Numbered from the stretch's first letter, positions 14,216-23,859 are shown. The stretch: 64,000 nucleotides of DNA from Candidatus Thorarchaeota archaeon (GCA_038893995.1 JAWAQK010000002.1:32001-96000), one strand, 5' to 3'. The notes: generated by a model not told the origin, from the letters alone. Translations and numbers: made by a program.

Positions 14216-15180
14216 GACATTTCATCTGGATTACTAGTCAACCTGTTGAGTGCCAATCTTGCGTAGTCCCGGACTTGGCTGTCGGAATCATCCAGCAAAG
14301 ATACTAGTTTGCCCTCCGCGGGAGGATATGGTGTCACACTGAGTGCCCATGCAGCCATCCGTCTGACGGAGGCATCCGTGGACTCCAGCAGTTGTGCTAT
14401 CATTCGAAGAAGCACTTCTGAACGGTTCTCTAGCACCAGTCTTATCAACCGAGCCTGCTCTGCGGGTGCTGCTCTTTTCATCGCATCAGCTAGACCTTGA
14501 AGTGCTCTGGGACTGTTGATGGCTCTGAGGGCTCTTATTGACCAGTCCCGAACTTCGTCATCCGTGTCCTCCAGTGCTGCTAGGAGACTGACCACAGAGT
14601 CCGGTGATGCAATCCTGCAGAGTGCCCATGCGCCTGCACGGCGGATCCTGGCATCTGGATCGCCAAGGGAAGCACAGAGTAGTCCGATGTCCAATTCGTC
14701 TGGGTCTATCGTCATTGCGTATAATGCTTCCACCCTTAGCATGACGTCTTCGTTGCAGTTTCGTGCTACTGTTCTAATCAGACTCCCATAGCGTTTGGGG
14801 TCGACGGATGCAAGTATGTGAAGTGCCCACTTTCTCTCTTCGAAGACCCGATTGCAGTCTTCTAACACCTCTACGAAACACTGAGAGAGCGACTCGATTT
14901 TTCCTCGATATGCCACATGAAGTGCCTCGAGTCTTACTGAGGGGTCACTGTCCTGTAACGCAAGCTTCACGGACATCCTAGCGAGAACGGGGTCCATCAG
15001 ATCCAGAATGTTCAGGATTCCATGCTTGAACTCCCTTGTTCCCTTCTTGCTCCAGATTATCTCGAGACTCTTCTGAAACAAGCTGGAATGGGCATTGACA
15101 TAGTCTGCGGCCTCCGTTCTAGTTACCTTCTGACCGATGCTGGCGACTAGATCCCGCAGTATTCTCTCTTCTGTTTCCAT
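14212..15180 (-). CDS. HEAT/PBS-lyase repeat protein
   Basis: Repeated L.D.D..VR..A..AL motifs. Confidence 0.85.
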   Translation of the reverse strand: METEERILRDLVASIGQKVTRTEAADYVNAHSSLFQKSLEIIWSKKGTREFKHGILNILDLMDPVLARMSVKLALQDSDPSVRLEALHVAYRGKIESLSQCFVEVLEDCNRVFEERKWALHILASVDPKRYGSLIRTVARNCNEDVMLRVEALYAMTIDPDELDIGLLCASLGDPDARIRRAGAWALCRIASPDSVVSLLAALEDTDDEVRDWSIRALRAINSPRALQGLADAMKRAAPAEQARLIRLVLENRSEVLLRMIAQLLESTDASVRRMAAWALSVTPYPPAEGKLVSLLDDSDSQVRDYARLALNRLTSNPDEMS

Positions 15181-15198
15181 TCTGTTTCCTCCAGCATT

Positions 15199-16203
15199 TT
15201 AGACGTATATCTTGAATGCATCTGCGTGTGGTTTCCTGAAACCTTTCAGGTCTGGTTCAGACATACTTGCTCCATGATAGGCCGCCATTTGTAGAGCAAT
15301 GATGTGAGGTATTACCTGGACAAGCGGAAACCCGATCCCCGTGGCTCTTGCACAGTTGACGTAGATCGGCCGGGCACCAAGTGATGCAACTACGCTCATG
15401 AAGACATCATCTGATGGGTTCTGAAATCGATTGCCGATCAGAATAACACGGTCTCCACACTGGAGAGACAAAACCTGATGATGTCTAAACTCCTCTGTCA
15501 ACCCAACAACAGACCTCACCAGTGACATTTCGCTGAACTTCATGGCTCCTACCTGGGCAGAAACATAGTTTGCCCCCTCCGATACTATGAACATGACACC
15601 ATCCTGGGTGAGCACCTCCCCGATCTTCCTGCCCTCCGTTTCTGACCATCTCATAGCTGTACCGAATTTGCTAGTCAACTGCAAGAGATCGCCTACTAGC
15701 CCTGAAATATCTGGGTCTGAGTCGCTGATGAGCGCAAGCAAGAGTGCAATCGCCGAAGTAGTCGTTACCGAAGGTGGCAAATCGTAGGTGGCCACTCCGG
15801 AATCCGTCCTCAATACGTAATCTGCTATCTCGGAAGCGGGACTATGTTCCGCGTCGGTCAGGAGCACCACCGGGGTCCCTCTGCTCTTTGCGTGTCTCAT
15901 CGCCCTCAACGTTTCGATACTGCGACCCGATGCAGTGACGGCAACCAGCATGCCGTCATTTCCCAAATAGACTTGCTCGATCTCTGTTGGAGAAATCGCT
16001 GCCGACGGTATGCCGATCGATTGGAGCGCCCATTCACCGAACTGCGCCACACCGTACGAGTCTCCGCACCCGGTGAATATCAACCGACGTGCCTCAATGA
16101 ATCGTTTCTTGATTTCATCATCAATGTTCTTTCGGAGCACACGCGGAATCGTGTGTTCCTGTGATTTGATGGTCTGATAGTACTGGTCTAGAAACTTCGA
16201 CAT
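15199..16203 (-). CDS. Two-SIS-domain sugar-phosphate isomerase/deglycase-like protein (GlmS/FrlB-like)
   Basis: FTGCGDSY, VTASGRSIET, second SIS domain with EEFRH. Confidence 0.85.
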   Translation of the reverse strand: MSKFLDQYYQTIKSQEHTIPRVLRKNIDDEIKKRFIEARRLIFTGCGDSYGVAQFGEWALQSIGIPSAAISPTEIEQVYLGNDGMLVAVTASGRSIETLRAMRHAKSRGTPVVLLTDAEHSPASEIADYVLRTDSGVATYDLPPSVTTTSAIALLLALISDSDPDISGLVGDLLQLTSKFGTAMRWSETEGRKIGEVLTQDGVMFIVSEGANYVSAQVGAMKFSEMSLVRSVVGLTEEFRHHQVLSLQCGDRVILIGNRFQNPSDDVFMSVVASLGARPIYVNCARATGIGFPLVQVIPHIIALQMAAYHGASMSEPDLKGFRKPHADAFKIYV

Positions 16204-16377
16204 CTTAGACGCACAGGCTCTTGAGCACAGACTAACAGAGGATGCTCGAATTCCTTTAAGTGCAAATCTGTGTGTCCCTTAGGCTTGCGGTGTATCGCAT
16301 AGTCAAGTTTGTGAAGTGTAGAATCGAGATGGACTTCAGGAACTGCATATAACCTGCTCTCAGACTGCTGTACTAGA

Positions 16378-16854
16378 TCACACCACTGACTTCGACTGAC
16401 CGACGCCTGTCTTATGACTCACGTAATCCGCGTAGGCCCTTCGTGCAAGATCATTAGCTCGCATATTCTCCTCTCTAGGTATCCATCTGATTTCGATCTC
16501 GATGCCTCTCCTGCTAAGCTCTCCAATCAGTTGCTTCAGTCTGCTGTGCAGAGGTCCAATCCTCTTGGACTTGACTGCATATTCCCCCCTGATCTGTCTT
16601 ATCACCAACTGACTGTCTCCACGTATGACCACACGGTCCCCCTCACCTACTAGAGGCGCGACCGCCTCCAGCGCGCTGATGAGACCTGAGTACTCTGCCA
16701 CGTTATTTGTCATATCGGATCCTTCCCCCACAATACCACCAGCAGAGGCTATTTCCACTCCACTCTCTATCACCGTATATCCCCAGCTTGCCACTCCTCC
16801 TGGGTTGACAGGCTCACATGCCCCATCGAAACTAATGTGGAAGACCCTTGACAT
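16378..16854 (-). CDS. rnhA: Ribonuclease HI
   Basis: FDGAC.P.NPG, TNNVAEY, GDSQLVI, WIPREEN..AN.LA. Confidence 0.93.
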   Translation of the reverse strand: MSRVFHISFDGACEPVNPGGVASWGYTVIESGVEIASAGGIVGEGSDMTNNVAEYSGLISALEAVAPLVGEGDRVVIRGDSQLVIRQIRGEYAVKSKRIGPLHSRLKQLIGELSRRGIEIEIRWIPREENMRANDLARRAYADYVSHKTGVGQSKSVV

Positions 16855-16905
16855 CTGACATACCCTCTTCTGTCTACGCATTCTCACAAGTATTCGGCAA
16901 GTAGG

Positions 16906-17217
16906 TGCAGCGGCCCACTCAGCGTCGATTGTCCTTCCCAGTCAGCTCTCTCGTCGCTCTTCTCGGGGCGGCTTCCTCTGGGGCTCCTCCGCTCTGCCTT
17001 AGGGCTGTTCCCGCCAGGGCCTGACCCGGTTCGGCAGTCTAAGCACACCTGCATCAGTTCTACAACTGATGTTGTGGCCGCGTCGGACTCCAGAGACCAC
17101 CCGTCACCGTCCTTCGACGAATGCTGTCCTGGTCCGGTTTCAACCTCTGCGGTGTTACTGGCGCCACTATTGCCTTGTGGTTTAAGCCGTGGCAAACGGC
17201 CCGCCCTTCCCGCTGCA
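16906..17217 (-). ncRNA. ffs: Signal recognition particle (7S) RNA
   Basis: About 312 nt; terminal helix TGCAGCGG/CCGCTGCA; helix 6 CATCAGTT-GTAG-AACTGATG; helix 8 GAACCGGGTCAGGCCC-TGGC-GGGAACAGCCCTAAG; TTTTAT box about 25 nt upstream. Confidence 0.9.
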
Positions 17218-17278
17218 AATCTTTACTGGCCGGCTTCTCATAAAAGGATTCTCCTGGGTTGCATAGTTGTCCAAGTCC

Positions 17279-19081
17279 TCAGATGATGACGCCGGCATTC
17301 CTCTTGATCTGTATGATCTCTTCAAGAACATCAAGTTCTGACTGTGACAATTCTGTACGGAATCTTTTCTTGATCGCCATGATATGTTTCTGGGGAACGT
17401 CGACATAGAGTGTCTCCCCAGGCTTAATCTGCCTTCCCACAGTTGGTCCCCGGATTGATATGGCGACCTCCATTCCATCAGACGCTTCATCAATCGTTAC
17501 TCCTCGATCCTGGATCTGCATTACGGTCCCAATCCGCTTCCCACTGGAGTTGATCAGGTCATTCTTGGCTCTGAGCAAACCATGAACTCTGACTCCCACA
17601 ATCGCTGGATCCTTGTTACGAAACACGTATTCCGGAAGGAGTTCAATCTTTGCAGGTCTGACGATGCTGTTCAACGATTCTGCCTTAGCTTGTTCTCTCT
17701 TCAACATTACCCATGCGTTGTATTCATCGAAGAGCCGATAGATCACAGTGTTCACAAAGAGCTGAACTCCGTATTCAGCCGCCAGATCTTCAATATCGGG
17801 GGCTATCTTTACGTTGAAACCGAGGACAACCGCATTGATGGGATCTGAGTCTCCAGCTGCCCTCGCCTCCAAGATATCCCTTTTGACGATAGGTCCCACG
17901 TCTGCTATCCTCACTTGCACTTTTCTCTCCTGGAGGTACTGAGTTACGGCCTCCAAAGAACCAAGTGTATCCGCCTTCAGGACTATCCCCGAGGAATCTC
18001 TCTGTATTCTGATTGCATTGATCTCCTCTCTTATTCTTCTGCTGATCTCCTCGAGGTCATCGTCTTCGCCGATGGCATAGACTGGTGCACCAGCAACTGC
18101 TCCATGAATGTCGGGGGACACGATCTTGACTCCTGCTGCTGCATGGACCTCATCAACGGGGGTAAATCTTTCCCTGGGATCTCGTATCTCGTCTAGTGGT
18201 TTGGGGAGCAACAGACTTCGGATCTTGGCAACAATCACATCTTCAAGCCCGCCAATAACAACAGTGTCAGTTCTCTTCAGCACACCTTCATAGATTATGG
18301 TGTCGAGTGTCATGCCGAGGCCCGGTTCCTCTCTAACCTCAAGCACTGCTCCTCGGGCGGGTCCCTCTGACATTCTTAGTCTGTCCTTCATGTACTGCTG
18401 AGTCAATCCCGAAAGAACCATCAGCAATTCGGGGATGCCCTCTCCCGTCCGGGCACTGGTCGGTATTATCGCGACGGTCCTTGTGAAGTCCTTTACACGG
18501 TCGAATCTCTCGGAGTCAATTCCATTCGCAGAAAGTGCGCCAACGATCTCATAGATGAGTTTGTCAATCTGTCTACGAGTACCCTCATCCTGTGCGTTGA
18601 TGCTCTGAACGAGAGTCATATTCGGTTTCTCTCTCCAACCGGGCACTTTGTCCAACTTGTTTGCCGCCACAACGAACGGTGTCTTCCCTGACCGTAGTAT
18701 CTTCAGCGACTCGTAGGTCTGAGTCATAGGTCCATCATTAATGTCTATCACCAGTATTGCAATATCCGCAATGGCTCCCCCACGTCTCCTGAGGTTGAGA
18801 TATGCCTCATGCCCTGGTGTGTCAATAAATAGCAGGCCATCTATCAGGAGTTCCACCTTTGTCAGATCGAGCAGGTTTCCACACATTGACCTTATGGTTT
18901 CGAGGGGAAAAAATGAGGCTCCGATGTGTTGCGTCATTCCTCCCACCTCCCGCTCTTGAACAGCAGTTCCCCTCATCTTGTCTAAGAGGGAGGTCTTTCC
19001 GTGGTCGATGTGCCCAAGTACAGTGACAATCGGCGATCTCAACTTGGCCTTTCCAGGAGTCACAGATTCAGGCATGGTCAC
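17279..19081 (-). CDS. infB: Translation initiation factor aIF5B (IF-2)
   Basis: LRSPIVTVLGHIDHGKT, TQHIGA, DTPGH, NKLD, KADTLGSLEA. Confidence 0.98.
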   Translation of the reverse strand: MTMPESVTPGKAKLRSPIVTVLGHIDHGKTSLLDKMRGTAVQEREVGGMTQHIGASFFPLETIRSMCGNLLDLTKVELLIDGLLFIDTPGHEAYLNLRRRGGAIADIAILVIDINDGPMTQTYESLKILRSGKTPFVVAANKLDKVPGWREKPNMTLVQSINAQDEGTRRQIDKLIYEIVGALSANGIDSERFDRVKDFTRTVAIIPTSARTGEGIPELLMVLSGLTQQYMKDRLRMSEGPARGAVLEVREEPGLGMTLDTIIYEGVLKRTDTVVIGGLEDVIVAKIRSLLLPKPLDEIRDPRERFTPVDEVHAAAGVKIVSPDIHGAVAGAPVYAIGEDDDLEEISRRIREEINAIRIQRDSSGIVLKADTLGSLEAVTQYLQERKVQVRIADVGPIVKRDILEARAAGDSDPINAVVLGFNVKIAPDIEDLAAEYGVQLFVNTVIYRLFDEYNAWVMLKREQAKAESLNSIVRPAKIELLPEYVFRNKDPAIVGVRVHGLLRAKNDLINSSGKRIGTVMQIQDRGVTIDEASDGMEVAISIRGPTVGRQIKPGETLYVDVPQKHIMAIKKRFRTELSQSELDVLEEIIQIKRNAGVII

Positions 19082-19211
19082 TCACCGCGATAGGTATGAT
19101 GGCCTCAAGTGGGTCTATTTATCAAATTGCCGGAGCGTCTTCTGATCGATGCTCTTCGGAATCCTAAAAAAGAGGCACCGTTGCTGCGAGCTAAGAAACT
19201 GACATGAGACA

Positions 19212-19901
19212 ATGGATGGATACATCATGGAAAGCTCGTTGGTAGTGATAAAGCCTGATGGTACCGTCCGCAGACGGGTGGGCGCTCTGACAATAGAACG
19301 CATCATCGGGATGGGGTATCAGGTGTCTGCATTCAAGGAGATGCATGTTTCCGAATCGCTTGCGCGTGCCCACTACTCTGTACATCTCGGGAAGCCATTC
19401 TTCTCTTGGTTGGTCCGGTTCATGACCTGCGCTAGGGTTGTGGCTATGATCATAGATGGACCAGATGTTATTCAAGGCATACGTGCTCTGCTGGGCGCGA
19501 CTTTCGTCCAGAAGGCAGATCCAGAGTCCATACGTGGTCGTTACGGGCTAATAGGGGGCATTAACATAGCTCACGCGTCAGATGGCCCCGAGACCGCAAG
19601 ACAGGAGATTGAACTATGGACCAAGCATGGCGGTTTGAAACGATCTCGAAATGCAGGAACTGAGGCCCTATCATACATATCTCGGTATGCTCACGGTGAG
19701 GTCGATCTCACGATGCAGATTCGGGGGTTGCTGCAGTCAACAATCCTCAATGGCCATGTAGGCGAATCTGTGCAGACTGAGCTTGAGTCCCTGTTAAGGC
19801 AGGAGGCATGTGACATCACTGACGAAGAAGTCATGAAGCTATCAGAAATAATCCTCGATCTTGTAAGGGAAGAATGTGAGAAGGCCAAGAGTCACGCGTA
19901 G
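19212..19901 (+). CDS. ndk: Nucleoside diphosphate kinase with C-terminal extension
   Basis: IKPDG, HY..H.GKPFF, SIRG.YG, NIAHASD catalytic His. Confidence 0.92.
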   Translation: MDGYIMESSLVVIKPDGTVRRRVGALTIERIIGMGYQVSAFKEMHVSESLARAHYSVHLGKPFFSWLVRFMTCARVVAMIIDGPDVIQGIRALLGATFVQKADPESIRGRYGLIGGINIAHASDGPETARQEIELWTKHGGLKRSRNAGTEALSYISRYAHGEVDLTMQIRGLLQSTILNGHVGESVQTELESLLRQEACDITDEEVMKLSEIILDLVREECEKAKSHA

Positions 19902-19954
19902 ATACCTCTACTTGACTACTGTGTAGACTTAGGGTATCCCCCGTCATTCTTAGA

Positions 19955-20155
19955 TCATGTGCCAGTTCCCACGCCCTTCTGGTACAGGAGCGTCCACTTA
20001 GTTTCCCTTGGTTTCATTCCTCTGTCGATACTACTGACCTTGCACTTGTTGGAGCAGAACCATAAGACTGCTCCATCCTTCGTCCTCACAAATGCGATAC
20101 CGGTCCCCGGCTCTATGTCCCGCCCACAGAATGTACACCTCTGTGTTCCGACCAT
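19955..20155 (-). CDS. rpl24e: 50S ribosomal protein eL24
   Basis: CTFCGRDIEPGTG, FCSNKC, KWT. Confidence 0.96.
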   Translation of the reverse strand: MVGTQRCTFCGRDIEPGTGIAFVRTKDGAVLWFCSNKCKVSSIDRGMKPRETKWTLLYQKGVGTGT

Positions 20156-20158
20156 CTC

Positions 20159-20383
20159 TCAGCGCCTCCTCATCTTCCTTGCTTCGCGTTCCGTCTCACG
20201 TAGGATCAGTATGTCCCCCACCCTCACGGGTCCCTTAACATTCCTTGTGAGAACTCGCCCCTCATCCCTCCCCTCCAGCACCTTGACCCGTACTTGTGTG
20301 ATCTCGCCGGTTACCCCAGTACGTCCCAGTAGCTGGATCACCTCGGCAGGAATGGATGGCTCCTTTTCCTCACTCATGAACAC
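20159..20383 (-). CDS. rps28e: 30S ribosomal protein eS28
   Basis: [34 protein letters not shown]. Confidence 0.97.
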   Translation of the reverse strand: MFMSEEKEPSIPAEVIQLLGRTGVTGEITQVRVKVLEGRDEGRVLTRNVKGPVRVGDILILRETEREARKMRRR

Positions 20384-20396
20384 TGCTCACCTCGAC

Positions 20397-20768
20397 CTAC
20401 TTGCGGAGGCCCTCTATCTTCTGGATGATATCTACGACCATGTCCTTGGCCTTTCCCTCGATCAGGATTGCAACAGCAGCGGTTGGTCGTTCAATACCTG
20501 CTGCAGCGCCAAGGCCCTTCCGACTGTCCACAAATATATACGGTGTCTTCTTGTCGTCACAGAGTCCTGGCAGATGCATGATCACCTCCGACGGTTCGAC
20601 GTCTTCCGCGATTAGAACAAGACGAGCACTGCCACGCTCTACACACTTGGTTGTTTCGTTGATTCCCTTCTTGATACGACCTGAGTCTCTGGCGATCTGC
20701 AGGGCCTCCAAGGCCTTCTTTTTGAGTTCCTCTGTCGCTTCCCAATTGACAAAGCTTGGTCTTGGCAT
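20397..20768 (-). CDS. rpl7ae: 50S ribosomal protein eL8 (L7Ae)
   Basis: KKGINETTK.VERG, IAEDVEP, LGAAAG. Confidence 0.97.
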   Translation of the reverse strand: MPRPSFVNWEATEELKKKALEALQIARDSGRIKKGINETTKCVERGSARLVLIAEDVEPSEVIMHLPGLCDDKKTPYIFVDSRKGLGAAAGIERPTAAVAILIEGKAKDMVVDIIQKIEGLRK

Positions 20769-20770
20769 AC

Positions 20771-20804
20771 CTTCTACCTCTGTTCTTCTACATCATTGGT
20801 GAAG
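20771..20804 (-). promoter_or_regulatory. Kink-turn in the rpl7ae 5'UTR overlapping the SD (autoregulatory site)
   Basis: CTTCACC-AAT-GA-TGT-agaaga-ACA-GA-GGTAGAAG immediately before GT-ATG. Confidence 0.75.
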
Positions 20805-20883
20805 TAGCACGACTAGATGTCCTCTCTAGCTGTGTTCCACCGGTTTTCTGACGACCATCTTTTAAAACTGTCGAACCGATCCG

Positions 20884-21876
20884 TCAGTAGAGTGATCTGA
20901 TACTATCAACAAGATCTTCGTCTGTGAAATTGTCTAGGACCGAGTACCTTCCCCGCTTCTTCATTATTTCGAGCGCGTGATGTATGTCATCCAGGAACGT
21001 TTCCAAGGTGATCGGAAGCTCATGCAGCCTACAGGGTAATCCTCTAGTTCGCATGACCCGTCGGATCTTGTTCAAGTCATGGATCGCATATCCTATCTCC
21101 TCAAGAAAATGTACACATATGGGTGTTGCAAAGGCCACCTGTATCCCATGCAGGCCTACTCCTCTTCTATCCATCGCGTGAGATATGGCATGTTCTGTTC
21201 CAGAGCATGGTCTCGAGCTTCCTGCAAGACACATCGCCCTTCCCGCGTCTATCTCGGCATGTACGAGTGTTTCCAAGTCATCGTGTTCTAGCACTTTGCA
21301 GAGCGCCGATGCCATTGTTCGATAGCTGTCCTCAACGAAGGACTCCCCCACTGCCTCAGCAGCAAGTTTCCACTCAGCTAGGCTTGATGCCTTACTGATA
21401 ATGTCCCCTGTCCCGGCTCGTTTCAACTCCTTGGGTGCTCTTGACATTATGTCGAGGTCCGCAATGACGGCCACCGGAAGCTTGCACTTCCTAGAGTACC
21501 GGTAACCATTCTGACTTACGGAAGCCGCTTCGCTGGCAATTCCATCATGAGACGCTGCCGTTGGCACGGATATCCAATCTAGCCCAGTTTCGGCAGCTAG
21601 CAGCTTGGCCGTGTCGATACTCCGCCCTCCCCCGAAACCAAGTATGACCGACGCAGAATCGGTTTCGATCCCACGAATCTCGTGGGATGACAGCACCCAT
21701 CTGATGTCTGATGAAACTATGCTCTCTATCTGCTTTCTGTAGATGGACAGTATAGACTCGTCGGTGACACATATTACCCGATGTCCTGCGGTGTATTGTG
21801 AGAGCTTCTCTATCGCACCCCTTGCAACTACTACATGGTTGGGACAAACATCGTTCATGTCAAGGACCCCTATCAA
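20884..21876 (-). CDS. egsA: sn-glycerol-1-phosphate dehydrogenase family protein
   Basis: GFGGGRSIDTAK, VPTAASHDGIAS, SSRPCSGTEHAISHA, LHGIQV. Confidence 0.85.
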   Translation of the reverse strand: MIGVLDMNDVCPNHVVVARGAIEKLSQYTAGHRVICVTDESILSIYRKQIESIVSSDIRWVLSSHEIRGIETDSASVILGFGGGRSIDTAKLLAAETGLDWISVPTAASHDGIASEAASVSQNGYRYSRKCKLPVAVIADLDIMSRAPKELKRAGTGDIISKASSLAEWKLAAEAVGESFVEDSYRTMASALCKVLEHDDLETLVHAEIDAGRAMCLAGSSRPCSGTEHAISHAMDRRGVGLHGIQVAFATPICVHFLEEIGYAIHDLNKIRRVMRTRGLPCRLHELPITLETFLDDIHHALEIMKKRGRYSVLDNFTDEDLVDSIRSLY

Positions 21877-21995
21877 CTAGATCTGGTGGGTTCACTAGTC
21901 ATATCGCTAACATTCGACTCAATGTTATCACTGTAACACGACATCTGAAATCCTCTTCATGTGGTCTATTCACCGACCGTTAGGAGCATGAGCAA

Positions 21996-22493
21996 ATGAC
22001 GCAGTACATCAAAGTTGCCCTTATGGGCTCTGGATATGCGGGAAAGTCCACGCTGATTAAGCTATTGACTGACACGCCCGCCAGGCTCGACGGCAATTAC
22101 AAACCTACAGCCGGAATGGACTGTGGGACCATCACACTCGATGGCGGAACAAAGATAACGTTAGTTGAAATGGGTGGTCAGAGCCATTTCGAGTTCCTAT
22201 GGCCAGACTTCCTGCAAGGCAGTAGTATGGTCGTGGTCGTCACCGAGAGCACCCCCAAGGCTGTCCTGAAAACCCGTCAACTGCTTGAGAGCTACAAGGA
22301 CCATCTTGCTGGGCGTCAAGTAGTTGCAATAGCTAACAAGCAAGACCTGCCAGGCTCGATGAAACCAGAGTCTGTACAAGATCTTCTGGGTGTCCCTACC
22401 TACGGCATGGTCGCGATAGACCCCAAACAGAGAATGCAGGGCTACAAGGTATTGATCGAAGGTCTTAGAGGTCTGGTCCAAGTGGCAGGCTAG
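21996..22493 (+). CDS. Stand-alone small GTPase (Arf/Rab/MglA-like, Asgard type)
   Basis: G1 GSGYAGKS, G2 YKPT, G3 EMGGQ, G4 NKQD. Confidence 0.88.
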   Translation: MTQYIKVALMGSGYAGKSTLIKLLTDTPARLDGNYKPTAGMDCGTITLDGGTKITLVEMGGQSHFEFLWPDFLQGSSMVVVVTESTPKAVLKTRQLLESYKDHLAGRQVVAIANKQDLPGSMKPESVQDLLGVPTYGMVAIDPKQRMQGYKVLIEGLRGLVQVAG

Positions 22494-22570
22494 TCCATCG
22501 CTGCAGTGTCTTGCTTGCGCTTCCACCGTACAGTAATCCTTTTATGTGCTCTGGCTCGAAAGCATCCCAG

Positions 22571-22631
22571 CCCAGGACACGGGCGAGTGAGCCAACCAGG
22601 CTGTCTGTTGTTGGCGAGTCCGTCCGGGACA
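22571..22631 (+). promoter_or_regulatory. Structured leader with K-turn-like motif upstream of rpoD
   Basis: TTTTAT box at about 22540; hairpin CCC-A-GGAC-AC-GGGC-GAGT-GA-GCCAAC...GTTGGC-GA-GTCC-GTCC-GGG. Confidence 0.5.
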
Positions 22632-23471
22632 ATGTCTTTTGGGTCAAGTGTACTGGAGTACGATTCAGAATTGGAGGTATCCGTCCTTCGCAAGGAAAGC
22701 GACTCAATCACCCTTCTAGTCGAGGGTATTGATGTTGCCTTGGCTAATGCATTGCGAAGAACAATGTTGGCAGGACTACCTACCATGGCAATTGATGAGG
22801 TCCTTATCCTCGAGAATACAAGTGTCATGTACGACGAGATACTTGCTCATCGACTAGGTCTCATACCCCTCACTACTCCACTCGACGACTACAACCTGCC
22901 AGATGACTGTGAGTGCGGTGGCAAGGGTTGTAGTCTGTGCCAATGTACACTGACTCTTGAAGTGGAGGCAAACAACCAGGAACTGATGGTGTACTCTCGA
23001 AATATTTTATCACAAGATCCCAAGGTCGTTCCCGTAACGGGCGATATTCCCATCGTGAAACTCGCGCCTCACCAGAAGATCATCGTGGAGGCGTATGCAC
23101 GTCTCGGAAGAGGCAGTGAACATGCGAAGTTTCAGCCTGTGTCCACAGTAGCATACAAATATGTTCCTGTTGTCAGTATCAACAGAGAGAAATGCACTAG
23201 ATGCGGTGCATGTGCAGACTCGTGTCCCAAGGGGATATTGGTACTCGAGAACAATGTCATATCGACCCAGAACACACTTGAGTGTACTCTGTGTGAGATG
23301 TGTGTTCGGGAGTGCGAACCGGGTGCAATCTCTGTAGAACACAGAGAAGGTAGTTTCATTTTCAAGATCGAAACTACCGGTGCTCTCTCAACAAAGGAGA
23401 TTGTAGAACGTTCAGCGGAAATTCTGAAGGGAAGGATCCAAGTGGCCCTCGACTTTGCAAACACATTATGA
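22632..23471 (+). CDS. rpoD: RNA polymerase subunit D (Rpo3) with ferredoxin-like 4Fe-4S insert
   Basis: ANALRRTML, DEILAHRLGLIPL, EHAKFQP, two CxxCxxCxxxC motifs; start moved to ATG 22632. Confidence 0.96.
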   Translation: MSFGSSVLEYDSELEVSVLRKESDSITLLVEGIDVALANALRRTMLAGLPTMAIDEVLILENTSVMYDEILAHRLGLIPLTTPLDDYNLPDDCECGGKGCSLCQCTLTLEVEANNQELMVYSRNILSQDPKVVPVTGDIPIVKLAPHQKIIVEAYARLGRGSEHAKFQPVSTVAYKYVPVVSINREKCTRCGACADSCPKGILVLENNVISTQNTLECTLCEMCVRECEPGAISVEHREGSFIFKIETTGALSTKEIVERSAEILKGRIQVALDFANTL

Positions 23472-23488
23472 ATGGAGCTGATCAAATT

Positions 23489-23851
23489 ATGGCTCGAATG
23501 GGAACAACTAATCCTAACACGCTCGCGCTTATCCGCGCACTCCGTCGCGCCTCCGTGCAGCACAACGCAGGAATTTGGAAACGGGTCGCTGAGATAGTTT
23601 CACGGCCCGCTAGGAAGCGCGTTGTAGTAAACGTTGGTGAGATCGAGAGGCACACTCATGACGGTGACCTTGTGGTCGTGCCTGGCAAAGTACTGGGCTC
23701 AGGAAATCTCAATCATCGCGTCACTGTTGCTGCACTGAGCGCATCTGCCTCAGCGCGTCAGATCATTATCACCGCAGGTGGGTCGTTGATGACCATAGAG
23801 GAAATGCTCAAGTTGGCTCCTACTGGAGCCGGTGTAACCATACTTGTTTGA
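23489..23851 (+). CDS. rpl18e: 50S ribosomal protein eL18
   Basis: TTNP, IWKRVAE, VVPGKVLGSG. Confidence 0.95.
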   Translation: MARMGTTNPNTLALIRALRRASVQHNAGIWKRVAEIVSRPARKRVVVNVGEIERHTHDGDLVVVPGKVLGSGNLNHRVTVAALSASASARQIIITAGGSLMTIEEMLKLAPTGAGVTILV

Positions 23852-23859
23852 GGGTGTTC

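Noticed and set aside
16884-17195. 103-aa minus-strand ORF
   Set aside because: Lies almost entirely within the SRP RNA gene and is a low-complexity translation
22506-22631. N-terminal extension of RpoD given by the ORF track (likewise for SufS-like, MPE, CBS, uS2, Nop10, AcnX small)
   Set aside because: These extensions overlap promoters, leaders or neighbouring genes; downstream starts match family N-termini
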